Below are positions 1-10,821 of a stretch of DNA of 64,000 bases, piece by piece. This DNA comes from Clostridia bacterium (GTDB lineage: Bacteria; Bacillota; Clostridia; Oscillospirales; CAG-272). Made by a program: the position numbers and the translations under genes. The stretch lies in assembly GCA_017504405.1 (NCBI GenBank), contig JAFVRG010000020.1:41881-105880 (forward strand), given 5' to 3'. The notes beneath the pieces are model-generated. The model ran no database searches. It had not been told where the DNA came from and worked only from the letters and a program-made list of their open reading frames with translations. Numbering within the stretch: the stretch's first letter is position 1; each line of letters starts with the position of its first letter.

Positions 1-126
1 TTTTCGATTTTGGGCTTTGTTTTCGCCCTTGCCGTTGTCTTTTTTACACTCGGCAGGGGGGCGAAAAAACGCTCCGATATAACTATGAGCGCTATAATCG
101 AGCGCTCGGATTTACCCTTGCAGTAA
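1..126 (+). CDS. 3' end of an upstream gene (partial), hydrophobic C-terminal segment, product unknown
   Basis: Frame 1 is open from the window edge to TAA at 124-126. It encodes FSILGFVFALAVVFFTL followed by a charged tail. No start codon lies in the window. Confidence 0.3.
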   Translation, partial: FSILGFVFALAVVFFTLGRGAKKRSDITMSAIIERSDLPLQ

Positions 127-173
127 TTTTGATTCTGCAAGCATTACGTTGATTAAATTAAGGATGGCACCTT

Positions 174-2381
174 GTGCCTGTGGATTATATAATGCAGAAA
201 AATTTTAATGCTACAAGCGAGAAGGAATGGGTGCTCAAATGCACCGACCTTCAAAAGGACAAGCAGAAGCGAGATATGATTTGCGCAACCCTCGGGGTGT
301 GTGACGTGCTCGCTCAGCTGCTCATCAACAGAGGCTATGATACGCCCAAAAAGGCAGGCTCGTTTTTGAGAATGGAGCAGGAAATGCTCCACGACCCCTT
401 TGAAATGAAGGATATGGATAGGGCTGTCGAGCGTATAAAGGCGGCAATTGACGGCGGGGAGAAAATCGCAATCTACGGCGATTACGACGTGGACGGCGTT
501 ACCTCGGTTTCCGCACTCTATCTTTACCTTGCCGAAAAGGGAGCAAATATCCGTTATTACATACCTAACCGAACGGCAGAGGGCTACGGCGTTTCAAAAA
601 ACGCTATTGAAGCCCTTGCAGGCGAGGGCGTTACCCTCATCGTTACCGTCGATACGGGAATAACGGCAAATGAGGAGATTGACTATGCGAAAACGCTCGG
701 TATAGATTTCGTTGTAACCGACCACCACGAATGTCAGTCTGATATACCCTTGGCGGCTGCGGTTGTCAATCCTCACAGACCCGACTGCACCTATCCCTTC
801 AAGGAGCTTGCAGGAGTCGGCGTTGTGTTCAAACTCATATCCGCATACGAGCAGAAATACAGCGGCAAAACGAAGTATGATGCTCTTACCGATATATGCG
901 CTACCTATGCCGACCTCATAGCGATAGGCACTATTGCCGACGTTATGCCTATAAAGGATGAGAATAAGCTGATAGTCAGCTACGGTCTGGCGCTTATAAG
1001 AGAAAACGAGAGAGTTGGTCTTTCTGCTCTCATTGATTCCATAGGACATAAAAACGAGGGCGCAACCGTTGCGGCAGTCAAGAGAAAGGCTCCGAAAATA
1101 ACGTCGTCCTATATAGGCTATACAATTGCGCCGAAGATAAATGCGGCAGGGCGTATGAGCTCGGCAGAGATTGCCGTGGAGCTGTTTTTGACGAATGATA
1201 AGGCGCACGCGGCTATCCTCGCCGACAGGCTTTTTGACGCCAATAAATCGAGACAGGATGAGGAAAACCGCATAATAGAGGAGGCGTATGCTCAGATACC
1301 CTCGGACTACGATGCGAAGAAATATCCCGTAATCGTGCTTGACAGCGACAGCTGGCACCACGGAGTTATCGGTATAGTTGCATCAAGGATAACCGAGCGA
1401 TTTGGGCTCCCCTCGATTCTTATATCCTTTGACGGATGCGGCACGGATATGAGTGACGTGGGAAAGGGCTCGGGAAGAAGCATAAAGGGGCTTAACCTCG
1501 TCGATGCGCTTCTTCACTGCGAGGATACCCTCGTAAAGTTCGGGGGACACGAGCTGGCTGCGGGAATGAGTGTAACCAGAGAGATGCTTCCTATATTCCG
1601 TGAAAGGATAAACGAGTATGCACGAGAGGCACTCAAGGTGTCCTCCCTTGTACATACCCTCGATGCGGATATGGAGCTTTCGCCTGAGGACGTAAATATC
1701 GCCGTGGCGGAGCAGATAAATCTGCTCGAGCCCTTCGGCACGGAAAACCCCACGCCCGTATTTGTACTGCGTGATGCACAGATTCTCGAAATCAACGCCG
1801 TCGGAGGGGGTAAGCATACACGTCTCACCGTGCGTGCTGATAAGGCTGTTTTTGTAGCCATGTATTTCTCGCATTCTCCGACATCTATTGAATTTTCCGA
1901 GGGGGATACGGTAGACCTTTTGTTCAACCTTGACGTTAACGAATGGAACGGCAGACGCACGGTTCAGCTGCTCGTTAAGGATATTCATACATCGAAAAGC
2001 GAGCGTGACGAGGCAAGAGCGGGGGCAGAGAACTTTGATAGAATATGGGCAGGCGGAAGCTACTGCGCGAGCGATAACGTGCTCCCTGACAGAGATGATT
2101 TTGCGGCAGTATACAATCTTGTCAGGCAGTCTATACGTGCTGGCTGTGACACGCTCTCCCTCACGCATATGCAAAGAAGGCTCAGAAATTCGGGCGAGAG
2201 AGGCATCGGCTATACCAAGCTCAAATTCATAATCAAAATATTCCAGGAGTTAAATCTATTGGGTATAAGTGAGGGCGAAGAGGGGATATACAGCTTCTCG
2301 CTCAGATTTTCGAATACAAAAACCGACCTTGAAAAATCACATCTTCTGAAAAGACTACGTCTTCAGCAGAAGAACGGGTAA
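174..2381 (+). CDS. recJ: single-stranded-DNA-specific exonuclease RecJ
   Basis: 735-aa ORF with DHH-family motifs (IAIYGDYDVDG, VTVDTG, VVTDHH) and DHHA1-like GGHELAAG. The GTG start at 174 follows AAGGA; ATG 192 is an alternative start. Confidence 0.9.
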   Translation: MPVDYIMQKNFNATSEKEWVLKCTDLQKDKQKRDMICATLGVCDVLAQLLINRGYDTPKKAGSFLRMEQEMLHDPFEMKDMDRAVERIKAAIDGGEKIAIYGDYDVDGVTSVSALYLYLAEKGANIRYYIPNRTAEGYGVSKNAIEALAGEGVTLIVTVDTGITANEEIDYAKTLGIDFVVTDHHECQSDIPLAAAVVNPHRPDCTYPFKELAGVGVVFKLISAYEQKYSGKTKYDALTDICATYADLIAIGTIADVMPIKDENKLIVSYGLALIRENERVGLSALIDSIGHKNEGATVAAVKRKAPKITSSYIGYTIAPKINAAGRMSSAEIAVELFLTNDKAHAAILADRLFDANKSRQDEENRIIEEAYAQIPSDYDAKKYPVIVLDSDSWHHGVIGIVASRITERFGLPSILISFDGCGTDMSDVGKGSGRSIKGLNLVDALLHCEDTLVKFGGHELAAGMSVTREMLPIFRERINEYAREALKVSSLVHTLDADMELSPEDVNIAVAEQINLLEPFGTENPTPVFVLRDAQILEINAVGGGKHTRLTVRADKAVFVAMYFSHSPTSIEFSEGDTVDLLFNLDVNEWNGRRTVQLLVKDIHTSKSERDEARAGAENFDRIWAGGSYCASDNVLPDRDDFAAVYNLVRQSIRAGCDTLSLTHMQRRLRNSGERGIGYTKLKFIIKIFQELNLLGISEGEEGIYSFSLRFSNTKTDLEKSHLLKRLRLQQKNG

Positions 2382-2385
2382 AAAT

Positions 2386-4623
2386 ATGGAAAAAACATTC
2401 TATGAGATGCTCGACCGAATAAGGGCGAGCGGAAGAAATTACAATATATCAAAAATCGAGGAGGCATACCGCTATGCGGCAGAGCTCCACGACGGACAGC
2501 TCAGGCAGAGCGGAGACCCGTACATAAGCCACCCGCTCGCCGTTTCCTCGATAGCCTTTGAGCTCGGTCTTGATACCGATTCAATATGTGCGGCGCTTTT
2601 ACACGATACGGTTGAGGACTGTGCGGCAAAAACCAGCCTTAATGAGATAAAAAATCGCTTTGGCGAGAGCGTTGCTCTCATAGTTGACGGACTTACCAAA
2701 AACGACAGGCTGACCGAAACCGCACGTCTCTCCTTTGACAGCAAGCAGGGGGAGGACCTCGAAAATACGAGAAAAATGCTCCTCGCAATGACTAAGGATA
2801 TAAGGGTTATATTCATAAAGCTCTGCGACCGTCTTCACAATATGCGCACTCTCAGCGCAAAGAATGACGAAAAGCAGAGGGAAAAGGCGCTCGAAACCAT
2901 GTATATCTTTGCGCCGCTCGCCCATAGGCTCGGTATGCAGAATATCAAGCACGAGCTTGAAAATATCAGCCTTTACTATCTTGACAGACCGGGATACACT
3001 GAGCTTGAAAGGGATATAAACGAAAAGTACGGAAAATCGAGAGGCTTTATCGACACCGCTACCGAAAAAATATCCCAACGTCTTAGCGAGAATAATATAA
3101 AATTCACACTTGAGGGCAGAATTAAATCTATATACAGCCTTTACAGAAAAATGTACAATCAGGGCAAAACCATTGATGAAATATACGATTTTTATGCGCT
3201 TCGAGTTATAGTTGACACCGAGCTTGACTGCTACACGGTGTTAGGACTTGTCCACGAAATGTTCCGTTCAATACCGGGACGCTTCAAGGATTATATTTCA
3301 ATGCCGAAGCCCAATATGTACCGCTCGCTCCATACGACGGTAATAGGAAATGACGGTATTCCCTTTGAGGTTCAGATAAGAACGAGGGAGATGCACGAGA
3401 TTGCTCAGTACGGTCTGGCGGCGCACTGGAAATACAAATCGGGGGATAAGGCATCACGGGAGGTTGACGATAAGCTTGCGTGGATATCGAAGCTCTTGGA
3501 GGCTGATGACGACTCTATCGACCGAGAGGACTTCCTCGGCGCATTCAAAACCGATATATTCAACGACGAAACCTTTGTTTTCACGCCAAAGGGCGACGTA
3601 TATTCCTTGCCCCTGGGCGCAACGCCGATAGACTTTGCGTATGCTATTCACTCTGCGATAGGCAACAAAATGGTGGGCGCAAAGATAAACAGCATGATAG
3701 TGCCCATTGACCGTGTGCTCCAAAACGGCGATATAGTCGAAATAATCACCTCACAGTCTACAAAGGGGCCCAGCCGTGACTGGCTCAAGATTGTAAAGAC
3801 GAGCGAGGCGAGGACGAAGATACGCCAGTACTTCAAAAAGGAGCAGAGGGCGGAGAACATCGTACTCGGCAGACAGATGATTGAGGACGAGGTATCTCAC
3901 TTTGGAATTTCATATACCGATGCAGAGCTTGAGCGTGTTATAGAAAACGTGGCGAAGCGTATAGGTATGAATTCCGAGGATATGATTGCTACCGTCGGCT
4001 TTGGCGGTATAGCGATAACCAAGCTTGCGATGAAGCTCCGTGACGAGCTCAAGCGGGTTGTGAAGCCCGTGGAGACCGACGAGGAAAAGGAAAAGCAGAT
4101 AATAGAGAGCCTGAAAAGCACCTCGGCAGCGCTTAAAACACACCGCAAGGGCGGAGTGGTCATCGACGGAGAGAGAGGCTGTCAGATAAAATTTGCGCAT
4201 TGCTGTAATCCTCTGCCGGGAGACAGCATAGTGGGATTTGTTACCCGTGGGTTTGGAATTTCAGTGCATAAGACCGACTGTCCCAATGCCGTTTCGGGTA
4301 TGAAAAATCCGGATCAGGCAGACCGATGGCTCCCTGCTGAATGGGAGGACGGCTACGCATCCCTGTTCTCGGGAGGAGAATACGAGGCAACCATGCAGAT
4401 TCTGGCAGATGACAGAATCGGTATTCTTGCGGAAATATCAACAACTCTTGCCGAGATGAAGGTGCAGATAATTCAGCTCGAAACAAGACCCCGTCCCAAC
4501 GATACGGCACTACTCAATATTACAATATCCTGCAAAAACGTATCGCATTACAATTCGATAGTTGCAAGGCTGCGTAATATAACTCACGTTATCAGCGTTG
4601 AGCGTGGCTTTTCAAAGGCATAA
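2386..4623 (+). CDS. relA: bifunctional (p)ppGpp synthetase/hydrolase (RelA/SpoT homolog)
   Basis: 745 aa. It has an HD hydrolase motif (HPLAV...LHDTVED), synthetase motifs (RFKDYISMPKPNMYRSLHTTV, EVQIRT), a TGS segment (FTPKGDVYSLPLGATPIDFAY) and a C-terminal ACT-like region. Confidence 0.95.
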   Translation: MEKTFYEMLDRIRASGRNYNISKIEEAYRYAAELHDGQLRQSGDPYISHPLAVSSIAFELGLDTDSICAALLHDTVEDCAAKTSLNEIKNRFGESVALIVDGLTKNDRLTETARLSFDSKQGEDLENTRKMLLAMTKDIRVIFIKLCDRLHNMRTLSAKNDEKQREKALETMYIFAPLAHRLGMQNIKHELENISLYYLDRPGYTELERDINEKYGKSRGFIDTATEKISQRLSENNIKFTLEGRIKSIYSLYRKMYNQGKTIDEIYDFYALRVIVDTELDCYTVLGLVHEMFRSIPGRFKDYISMPKPNMYRSLHTTVIGNDGIPFEVQIRTREMHEIAQYGLAAHWKYKSGDKASREVDDKLAWISKLLEADDDSIDREDFLGAFKTDIFNDETFVFTPKGDVYSLPLGATPIDFAYAIHSAIGNKMVGAKINSMIVPIDRVLQNGDIVEIITSQSTKGPSRDWLKIVKTSEARTKIRQYFKKEQRAENIVLGRQMIEDEVSHFGISYTDAELERVIENVAKRIGMNSEDMIATVGFGGIAITKLAMKLRDELKRVVKPVETDEEKEKQIIESLKSTSAALKTHRKGGVVIDGERGCQIKFAHCCNPLPGDSIVGFVTRGFGISVHKTDCPNAVSGMKNPDQADRWLPAEWEDGYASLFSGGEYEATMQILADDRIGILAEISTTLAEMKVQIIQLETRPRPNDTALLNITISCKNVSHYNSIVARLRNITHVISVERGFSKA

Positions 4624-4648
4624 TTAAAAATATAAGGTAGATTAAAAT

Positions 4649-5113
4649 ATGATTGCAGTACTTCAAAGAGTAAATGAGGCGTGCGTGTATGCGGACGGCG
4701 AATTTTCGGGAAAATGCTCACAGGGGCTTCTCATTCTGCTCGGCGTGCTCGACGGGGATAGCGAGGAGGATGCGCTCCTTCTTGCGGAGAAGATTTCAAA
4801 GATGCGTATTTTCTCGGATGAAAACGGCAAAATGAATCTTTCGGTAAAGGATGTCGGCGGCTCGGCGCTCGTGGTGTCAAATTTCACTCTGGGTGCAAAT
4901 TACGTTCACGGAAACCGCCCCGACTATCTTTCGTCGGCAAAGCCCGACGTTGCGTGTCCGTTGTACGAAAAATTCACATCGCTTCTGTCCGAGAGGATAG
5001 GAGAGGTAGCGACCGGAAAATTCGGCGCTGATATGAAAATAGACGCATCACTCGACGGTCCTGTTACAATAGTCGTTGATTCGATGCGGCTCAGAAAGGA
5101 TAAAAAGCAATGA
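4649..5113 (+). CDS. dtd: D-aminoacyl-tRNA deacylase
   Basis: 154 aa with the MIAVLQRV N-terminus, SNFTL and GNRP motifs typical of Dtd. It sits directly after relA, as in Bacillus. Confidence 0.9.
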   Translation: MIAVLQRVNEACVYADGEFSGKCSQGLLILLGVLDGDSEEDALLLAEKISKMRIFSDENGKMNLSVKDVGGSALVVSNFTLGANYVHGNRPDYLSSAKPDVACPLYEKFTSLLSERIGEVATGKFGADMKIDASLDGPVTIVVDSMRLRKDKKQ

Positions 5114-6639
5114 TACTCAGAATTAACGGCGACCTTAACCGTTATTATGCGCAAACTCTGTGTATGCTTTTCTTCCCCGGCGCAACCTTTGGCGAGAGGG
5201 AGATTGAAACGGGTGAAACACCCGTTATAACCTTTGATATAACAAAAGGAGACGGCGAGGTCAGCGCTGCGGCGACCATTCGCATAGGCGAAACCGTCAG
5301 CGAGGGCTTCGATACCGCACGCAAGGAGGAGTGCTCGAGCAGAGCGGACCTTACGAAAATTGCGGCAGGCAGAGCACTGTTCGTGGCGGGAAAGCAGCTC
5401 CTCGGATATAAACCGCCGTGGGGAATACTCACAGGCATACGCCCTGCAAAAATTGCGGCAGGCCATATGGCGGACGGCAACGGAATTTTGTCTACGAAGA
5501 GAATTCTGAGAGATGAATATTTTACAAACCCGAAGAAGGCGGCGATAGCTGTTTCGGTAGCGGCTAACGAACAGAAACTGCTCAAAAAGCTACCCGAAAA
5601 CCTGTGCAGTATGTACATATCTATTCCCTTCTGCCCGTCCAGATGCGCATATTGCTCATTTGTTTCCTATACGTCAAAAAAGCTTTTGTCCCTGATTGAC
5701 GAATATCTCGACACGCTATGCGTAGATATTGTTAATATGGCTAAAATAATAAGGGAGCAGGGCTTTACCGTTGCAACCGTCTATATAGGCGGCGGAACTC
5801 CCACCGTGCTCTCGGTTGAGCAGCTTACACGCCTGCTCACTACTGTTTCCGAGTGCGTTGACGTTGAGGGGCTTATGGAATTTACGCTGGAGGGCGGCAG
5901 GCCCGATACGATAACAGCGGAAAAGCTCAAGGTAGCGAAGAAATTCGGCGTTACACGCATCAGCGTGAATCCCCAGACGCTTTCTGATGAAATTCTTGAA
6001 AAAATAGGCAGACGGCATACGGTAGAGGATTTTATGCGAGCATATCGCATAGCGGAGGAGTCGGGAATTCGGGATATAAACGTGGATATTATCGCAGGTC
6101 TTCCCGGTGACAATTACAAGAATTTTTCAAATACAGTTGATAAAATAATAGACCTAAACCCCACTAATATAACGGTTCACACCTTCTGCGTGAAAAAGGC
6201 ATCGGATGCTCTCAGAAACGATAGCAATATATACTCTCCAAGCAGTGACGATACTGCGAAGGGCGTTGAGTATTCCCAGCTCCGTATGAAAATTGCGGGC
6301 TATAAGCCGTACTATATTTATAAGCAGAAGAATACTGTTGGTAATCTTGAAAACGTCGGATACTCCCGTGAGGGACACGAGGGACTCTACAACATCTTTA
6401 TGATGGAGGAGATTCACAGTATATTCTCTGTCGGTGCAGGTGCGGTTACAAAGCTCGTTGTCAGGGACGGCGACAAAATTTCTAAACTAAAACGCATATT
6501 TGCGCCTAAATATCCGTATGAATATTTAAGGGATGCGACGGCAATAAGGTGCGGTGATTCCAATAACGGAAAGCCCTCTATTGCGGAGCGCATATCAGAG
6601 TTTTTTAATCCAAACGGAGAAGATAATGAAAATAGCTAA
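5110..6639 (+). CDS. HemN/HemZ-like radical SAM protein (oxygen-independent coproporphyrinogen oxidase family)
   Basis: 509 aa with the CxxxCxxC radical SAM motif (CPSRCAYCSF) and a GGGTPT motif. There is a 4-nt ATGA overlap with the dtd stop. Confidence 0.75.
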   Translation: MILRINGDLNRYYAQTLCMLFFPGATFGEREIETGETPVITFDITKGDGEVSAAATIRIGETVSEGFDTARKEECSSRADLTKIAAGRALFVAGKQLLGYKPPWGILTGIRPAKIAAGHMADGNGILSTKRILRDEYFTNPKKAAIAVSVAANEQKLLKKLPENLCSMYISIPFCPSRCAYCSFVSYTSKKLLSLIDEYLDTLCVDIVNMAKIIREQGFTVATVYIGGGTPTVLSVEQLTRLLTTVSECVDVEGLMEFTLEGGRPDTITAEKLKVAKKFGVTRISVNPQTLSDEILEKIGRRHTVEDFMRAYRIAEESGIRDINVDIIAGLPGDNYKNFSNTVDKIIDLNPTNITVHTFCVKKASDALRNDSNIYSPSSDDTAKGVEYSQLRMKIAGYKPYYIYKQKNTVGNLENVGYSREGHEGLYNIFMMEEIHSIFSVGAGAVTKLVVRDGDKISKLKRIFAPKYPYEYLRDATAIRCGDSNNGKPSIAERISEFFNPNGEDNENS

Positions 6640-7534
6640 ATACAAATTCTCGGATGAGAGCGAGAAGCGTGAGTACGTCCACGAGTGTGACGGTGTTTTC
6701 GAGGCTCAGCTCGATTCTGCGGTAGAAAAAATATCGGAAATTGAAAGCCTGCGTGTAATAACCCTGTCAGGTCCTACCTGCTCGGGAAAAACAACAACGG
6801 CGGCGAAGCTCGTCAGTGAGCTGACGGCTAAGGGCAAAAAGGTTCACGTAATTTCGATAGACGATTTTTATTACAACCGTGATTTCCTCGTAGAAAGAGC
6901 GAAAAAAGAGGGCACTTCCCTCGATTTTGAATCGGTACGGACAATAGACCTTCACGCTCTTTCCGAGGTTATAGAGGAAATATTTGATAAAGATTTCGTA
7001 ATCCTGCCGAAATACGATTTTGAGAGCGGTACACGCAAGAGCGAGCAGCGCCTTGAAATAGACGACAGTGATATCTTCATATTTGAGGGTATACAGGCGC
7101 TCTATCCCGAGGTAACGGCGCTTCTCTCGCATCATAATTTCGTCAGCGTTTACGTATCGGTTGCAGAGTCGCTCTCTGTCGGCTCTGCCGTGTTTGATGC
7201 AAACGAGGTGCGATTCTTCCGACGCCTCGTCAGGGATTACAATTTCAGAGGCTCATCACCCGAATTTACCTTTGAGATATGGAAGAGTGTTCGGGAAAAT
7301 GAGGATAAAAACATATATCCGTACTGTACAGGGTGCGACGTAAGGCTCAACTCCCTGCTCGGTTACGATATATCGATGTTGAAGCCGTATCTTATACCCC
7401 TGCTCGACAGTATAGAATCGGGCAGTGAATATTATGGGATAGCACAGGATATGATAAAGAAAATGGCGCATATAGAGGAGATAAATTCCGACTATATGCC
7501 TGATATTTCAGTATTCCATGAGTTTCTGGGTTAG
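6626..7534 (+). CDS. uridine kinase / phosphoribulokinase-family P-loop nucleoside kinase
   Basis: Walker A motif GPTCSGKTTTA and the family-like segment IFIFEGIQALYPE. I moved the start from the track's 6554 to ATG 6626, which follows GGAGA at 6616-6620. Confidence 0.6.
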   Translation: MKIAKYKFSDESEKREYVHECDGVFEAQLDSAVEKISEIESLRVITLSGPTCSGKTTTAAKLVSELTAKGKKVHVISIDDFYYNRDFLVERAKKEGTSLDFESVRTIDLHALSEVIEEIFDKDFVILPKYDFESGTRKSEQRLEIDDSDIFIFEGIQALYPEVTALLSHHNFVSVYVSVAESLSVGSAVFDANEVRFFRRLVRDYNFRGSSPEFTFEIWKSVRENEDKNIYPYCTGCDVRLNSLLGYDISMLKPYLIPLLDSIESGSEYYGIAQDMIKKMAHIEEINSDYMPDISVFHEFLG

Positions 7535-7544
7535 GAGATAGTGT

Positions 7545-9179
7545 ATGCAAAACGGGGATAGCAGGCTTTTTGCTTCAAGGATGGAAAAAAAGAGCAGAAA
7601 ATCGCTGTTATCCGGTGTTTTGATACTTACAATCGCCAATATAGCGGTAAAAATATTCGGTTTTTTATATAAAGTACCCCTCAACGGTATGCTGGGCGAC
7701 GAGATGGCAAACGTCAATGCCGCCTATTCGGTATATTCTACCTTGCTCGTCCTGTCAACGGCAGGTATTCCGTCGGCGGTGGCTATGCTCGTATCCCGTG
7801 CCCGTGCCGAGGGGGACGAGGGGCGTGCCGAGAGGGTGTTTGACGTAGCGCATACTGCGCTCGCTGTGGCGGGAGTTTTACTTACTCTCGCTCTGCTTTT
7901 TCTATCACGCTTTATCGCCAATTTCAATTCCGGCGGAGATTCCTTTCTCTGTATGTGCGCAATATCGCCGGCATTGCTTTTCGTCTGCCTGTCGAGCGTT
8001 TATAGGGGATATTTTCAGGGGCATCAGATAATGACGCCTACCGCAATATCCGAGGTGATAGAGTCATTTTCCAAAATGGCGCTCGGACTTTTGCTCGCTT
8101 ACTTTACCCTCGGTCGCTACGGTAGCGGCACCGCCGCCGCATTCTCGGTTTTGGGAATAACGCTCGGTATGGGGCTTGGTGTTTTCTATCTTTGCATTAC
8201 ATTTTCTTTATATAGAAAGAAAAATCCGTCGGCCCAAACATCTGTAAAGGGACACCGTGAGCGCCGCAGAACACTGTGGGAGCTTATCAGATTATCCCTG
8301 CCGATAGCGGCGAGCTCTGCGGTAATCAGTATGGCAGGACTCATTGATTCACAGCTGATGCGTCCCCTGCTCGAGAGATATTCGGGCAGCGCAGAATATG
8401 CAAAGGCAGTGTATTCCGACTATTCAACGGGAGCAATAACGCTTTTTAATCTCCCAACAATTCTCATATACCCGATTGCCTGCGCCATAATTCCGTATAT
8501 CAGTGCCGCCCTCGTGAGGGGAAATAGGCGTGGCGTGTGTGAGGTTGTTGGCTCGTCGTTTCGTGTCTGCTCGCTTATCAGTATGCCGTGCGCCCTCGGT
8601 ATGAGTGTGCTGGCAACACCTATACTCGCCTTTGTTTTCCGAGGCGATGCGGATATGCCCGAGAATGCCGGTAAACTCCTCTCAATCTTAGCAATTGCCA
8701 TATTCTTTATAGGTATATTAACCGTCAGCAACGCCGTGCTTCAGGCGCACGGCAGGCAGTCCCTGCCTATAATCTCAATGACGGCAGGACTCGTTGTAAA
8801 GGGCGTGTCGGTCTGGCTTCTCACCGTAAGGTACGGCGCAATAGGTGCACCTGTCAGCACGCTCTTGTTCTATGCGGTGACGGTGATTATAAATATGTTT
8901 TTCGTATGCAAATATACGGGTGTGGCGCTGTCGGTTACGTCGGTGTTCGTTAAGCCGTTGGTTTGCTCGTCAATATCGTCAGGTGCGGCGTTTTTGACAT
9001 ACACGCTTCTCTCGGACGCTTCGCTCACGCTCGCCCTCATTTCGGCAATAGCTGTAGCGGTAGCCGTGTATATAGCGCTCATTTTGCTTTTGCGTTGCAT
9101 CACTCTCTCGGATATTCGGCAGCTGCCCCACGGAGAGAAGATAGCATTACGCCTTTCGGGCATCATTAAGGATAAATAA
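7545..9179 (+). CDS. MOP-superfamily flippase (MurJ / SpoVB / YabM-like polysaccharide or lipid II flippase)
   Basis: 544-aa polytopic membrane protein with an N-terminus typical of the MurJ/SpoVB family (KIFGFLYKVPLNGMLGDE...AGIPSAV). It sits upstream of mazG, as yabM does in Bacillus. AGGAGA RBS. Confidence 0.7.
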   Translation: MQNGDSRLFASRMEKKSRKSLLSGVLILTIANIAVKIFGFLYKVPLNGMLGDEMANVNAAYSVYSTLLVLSTAGIPSAVAMLVSRARAEGDEGRAERVFDVAHTALAVAGVLLTLALLFLSRFIANFNSGGDSFLCMCAISPALLFVCLSSVYRGYFQGHQIMTPTAISEVIESFSKMALGLLLAYFTLGRYGSGTAAAFSVLGITLGMGLGVFYLCITFSLYRKKNPSAQTSVKGHRERRRTLWELIRLSLPIAASSAVISMAGLIDSQLMRPLLERYSGSAEYAKAVYSDYSTGAITLFNLPTILIYPIACAIIPYISAALVRGNRRGVCEVVGSSFRVCSLISMPCALGMSVLATPILAFVFRGDADMPENAGKLLSILAIAIFFIGILTVSNAVLQAHGRQSLPIISMTAGLVVKGVSVWLLTVRYGAIGAPVSTLLFYAVTVIINMFFVCKYTGVALSVTSVFVKPLVCSSISSGAAFLTYTLLSDASLTLALISAIAVAVAVYIALILLLRCITLSDIRQLPHGEKIALRLSGIIKDK

Positions 9180-9201
9180 TTCAAGCATCGGAGTATAAAC
9201 A

Positions 9202-10014
9202 ATGGATATTAAGGAAAAAATCAGGACATTGGCAGTTAAGGAAAGATACAGCTTTTCAGACCTATGCGACATTATGGAGGTTCTGCGCTCGGAAGAGGGC
9301 TGCCCCTGGGATAGGGAGCAGAGCCACGAGAGCGTACGCATGGCATTGCTCGAGGAAACCTATGAGGCTGCAGAGGCAATAGATGACAAAAATCCCGAGC
9401 TGCTCTGTGAGGAGCTGGGTGATATGCTGTTTCAGATAGTTTTCCACGCAGAGATAGAGCGTGAGCGTGGTGTGTTTGACATATCAGACGTAATCGACGG
9501 AGTGAGTGCGAAGATGGTGCACCGCCACCCGCACGTCTTTTCTAACGTAATTGCGGAAAACTCGGATAAGGTGCTGTCAAATTGGGAAAAGATAAAAAAC
9601 AGTGAGAAATCCCGCGACAGCGCCGCCTCACGCCTTAAATCCGTTCCTAAAACGCTGCCCGCCCTTATGAAGGCAGAGAAGGTTGGCTCGAGAGCGGCAA
9701 AGGTTGGATTTGATTTTCCAGATGCCGACAGCGCAAGGGAGAAAATTTATGAGGAGCTGTTGGAGCTTGAAGGAGCAGAGAGCGATGCCGACAGATTGGA
9801 GGAGGCAGGCGACCTTCTCTTCGCTGTTGTGAATTATCTGCGCAAGCTCGGGATAAACTCCGAACAGGCGCTCGGCTACGCTACGGACAAGTTCGTTTCA
9901 CGGTTTGAAAAAACAGAGACGGAGCTGACGAAAAACGGCGGAAAAATGCAGGATTTTTCCCTATCTGAGATGGATAATGCGTGGAAAAGGGTAAAAATGA
10001 ACAAAAATAACTGA
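9202..10014 (+). CDS. mazG: MazG nucleoside triphosphate pyrophosphohydrolase (tandem MazG domains)
   Basis: CPWDREQSHESV...LLEETYE...ELGDMLFQIVFH, plus a second EEAGDLLFAVVNY repeat. 270 aa. Confidence 0.85.
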   Translation: MDIKEKIRTLAVKERYSFSDLCDIMEVLRSEEGCPWDREQSHESVRMALLEETYEAAEAIDDKNPELLCEELGDMLFQIVFHAEIERERGVFDISDVIDGVSAKMVHRHPHVFSNVIAENSDKVLSNWEKIKNSEKSRDSAASRLKSVPKTLPALMKAEKVGSRAAKVGFDFPDADSAREKIYEELLELEGAESDADRLEEAGDLLFAVVNYLRKLGINSEQALGYATDKFVSRFEKTETELTKNGGKMQDFSLSEMDNAWKRVKMNKNN

Positions 10015-10052
10015 AAAAAATGTAATTTTTTGTGTTTTTTTGCGATAAATGC

Positions 10053-10081
10053 TTGCAAAACTGGAAAAAGTATGTTATACT
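10053..10081 (+). promoter_or_regulatory. sigma-A type promoter for hup
   Basis: TTGCAA (10053-10058), a 17-nt spacer, then TGtTATACT with -10 at 10076-10081 (extended -10). Confidence 0.6.
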
Positions 10082-10125
10082 AAAAGCGTAAAAAAAAATA
10101 TTTTTACAAAGAAAGGGATTTTAAA

Positions 10126-10395
10126 ATGAACAAGACAGAGCTTATCAATGTAGTTGCAGAGGCAACAGATCTCAAGAAGAAGGACGCAGAGGCAGCAGTT
10201 AACGCAGTATTCGCAGCTATCGCTGACGCACTCAAGGCAGGCGATAAGGTTCAGCTTATCGGCTTCGGTTCCTTCGATGTTAAGGAAAGAGCAGCAAGAG
10301 AGGGCCGCAACCCCGCTACCGGCGAGAAGATTCAGATCGCAGCTTCCAAGAGTGTAGGCTTCTCCGCAGCATCCGCACTCAAGGCATCTCTTTAA
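10126..10395 (+). CDS. hup: DNA-binding protein HU
   Basis: 89 aa: MNKTELI...[26 protein letters not shown], the canonical HU/IHF fold signature. Confidence 0.95.
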   Translation: MNKTELINVVAEATDLKKKDAEAAVNAVFAAIADALKAGDKVQLIGFGSFDVKERAAREGRNPATGEKIQIAASKSVGFSAASALKASL

Positions 10396-10404
10396 TTCCA
10401 TTGA

Positions 10405-10647
10405 ATGAGGCTTGATAAATATCTCAAGGTCTCAAGGATAATTAAACGCAGAACGGTGGCGAACGATGCGTGTGACGCATCGCACGTCACCGTTAACGGT
10501 AAAACGGCAAAGGCGTCGTATGACGTGAAGAGCGGCGACATCATCGAGGTAACCTTCGGTCAACGCTCGCTTTGTGTGCGTGTTCTTGAGATTAAGGAAA
10601 GCACGAAAAAGACCGATGCAGACTCAATGTATGAGGTCATAACATAG
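10405..10647 (+). CDS. S4-domain RNA-binding protein (YabO/Hsp15-like)
   Basis: 80 aa. [19 protein letters not shown]...V.VNGK.AK.S..V..GD is the S4 motif. The position after hup matches Bacillus yabO. Confidence 0.8.
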   Translation: MRLDKYLKVSRIIKRRTVANDACDASHVTVNGKTAKASYDVKSGDIIEVTFGQRSLCVRVLEIKESTKKTDADSMYEVIT

Positions 10648-10649
10648 TT

Positions 10650-10682
10650 AAAGGCGGTAATGCAACCGCCCTTTTCTTTTTT
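10650..10682 (+). terminator. intrinsic terminator after the S4-domain gene
   Basis: GGCGGT (10652-10657) pairs with ACCGCC (10664-10669), followed by a T-rich run (cttttctttttt). Confidence 0.8.
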
Positions 10683-10821
10683 CTTTCGGCACACCTTTTT
10701 TCTGCTCCTTTGAAAATATTGGAAAAACGCCCTCTGCCAATATGCCTTTTGTCCTTGCGGTGCATTTTTTTATAATACCGAGCATAAGAATATAGTGTTA
10801 GAATATATTGGGAGGCATAGT

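Noticed and set aside
594-2174. Long minus-strand ORFs (255, 263 and 148 aa) inside recJ
   Set aside because: They lie entirely antisense to a well-supported recJ reading frame and have no motifs or RBS. They are typical shadow ORFs.
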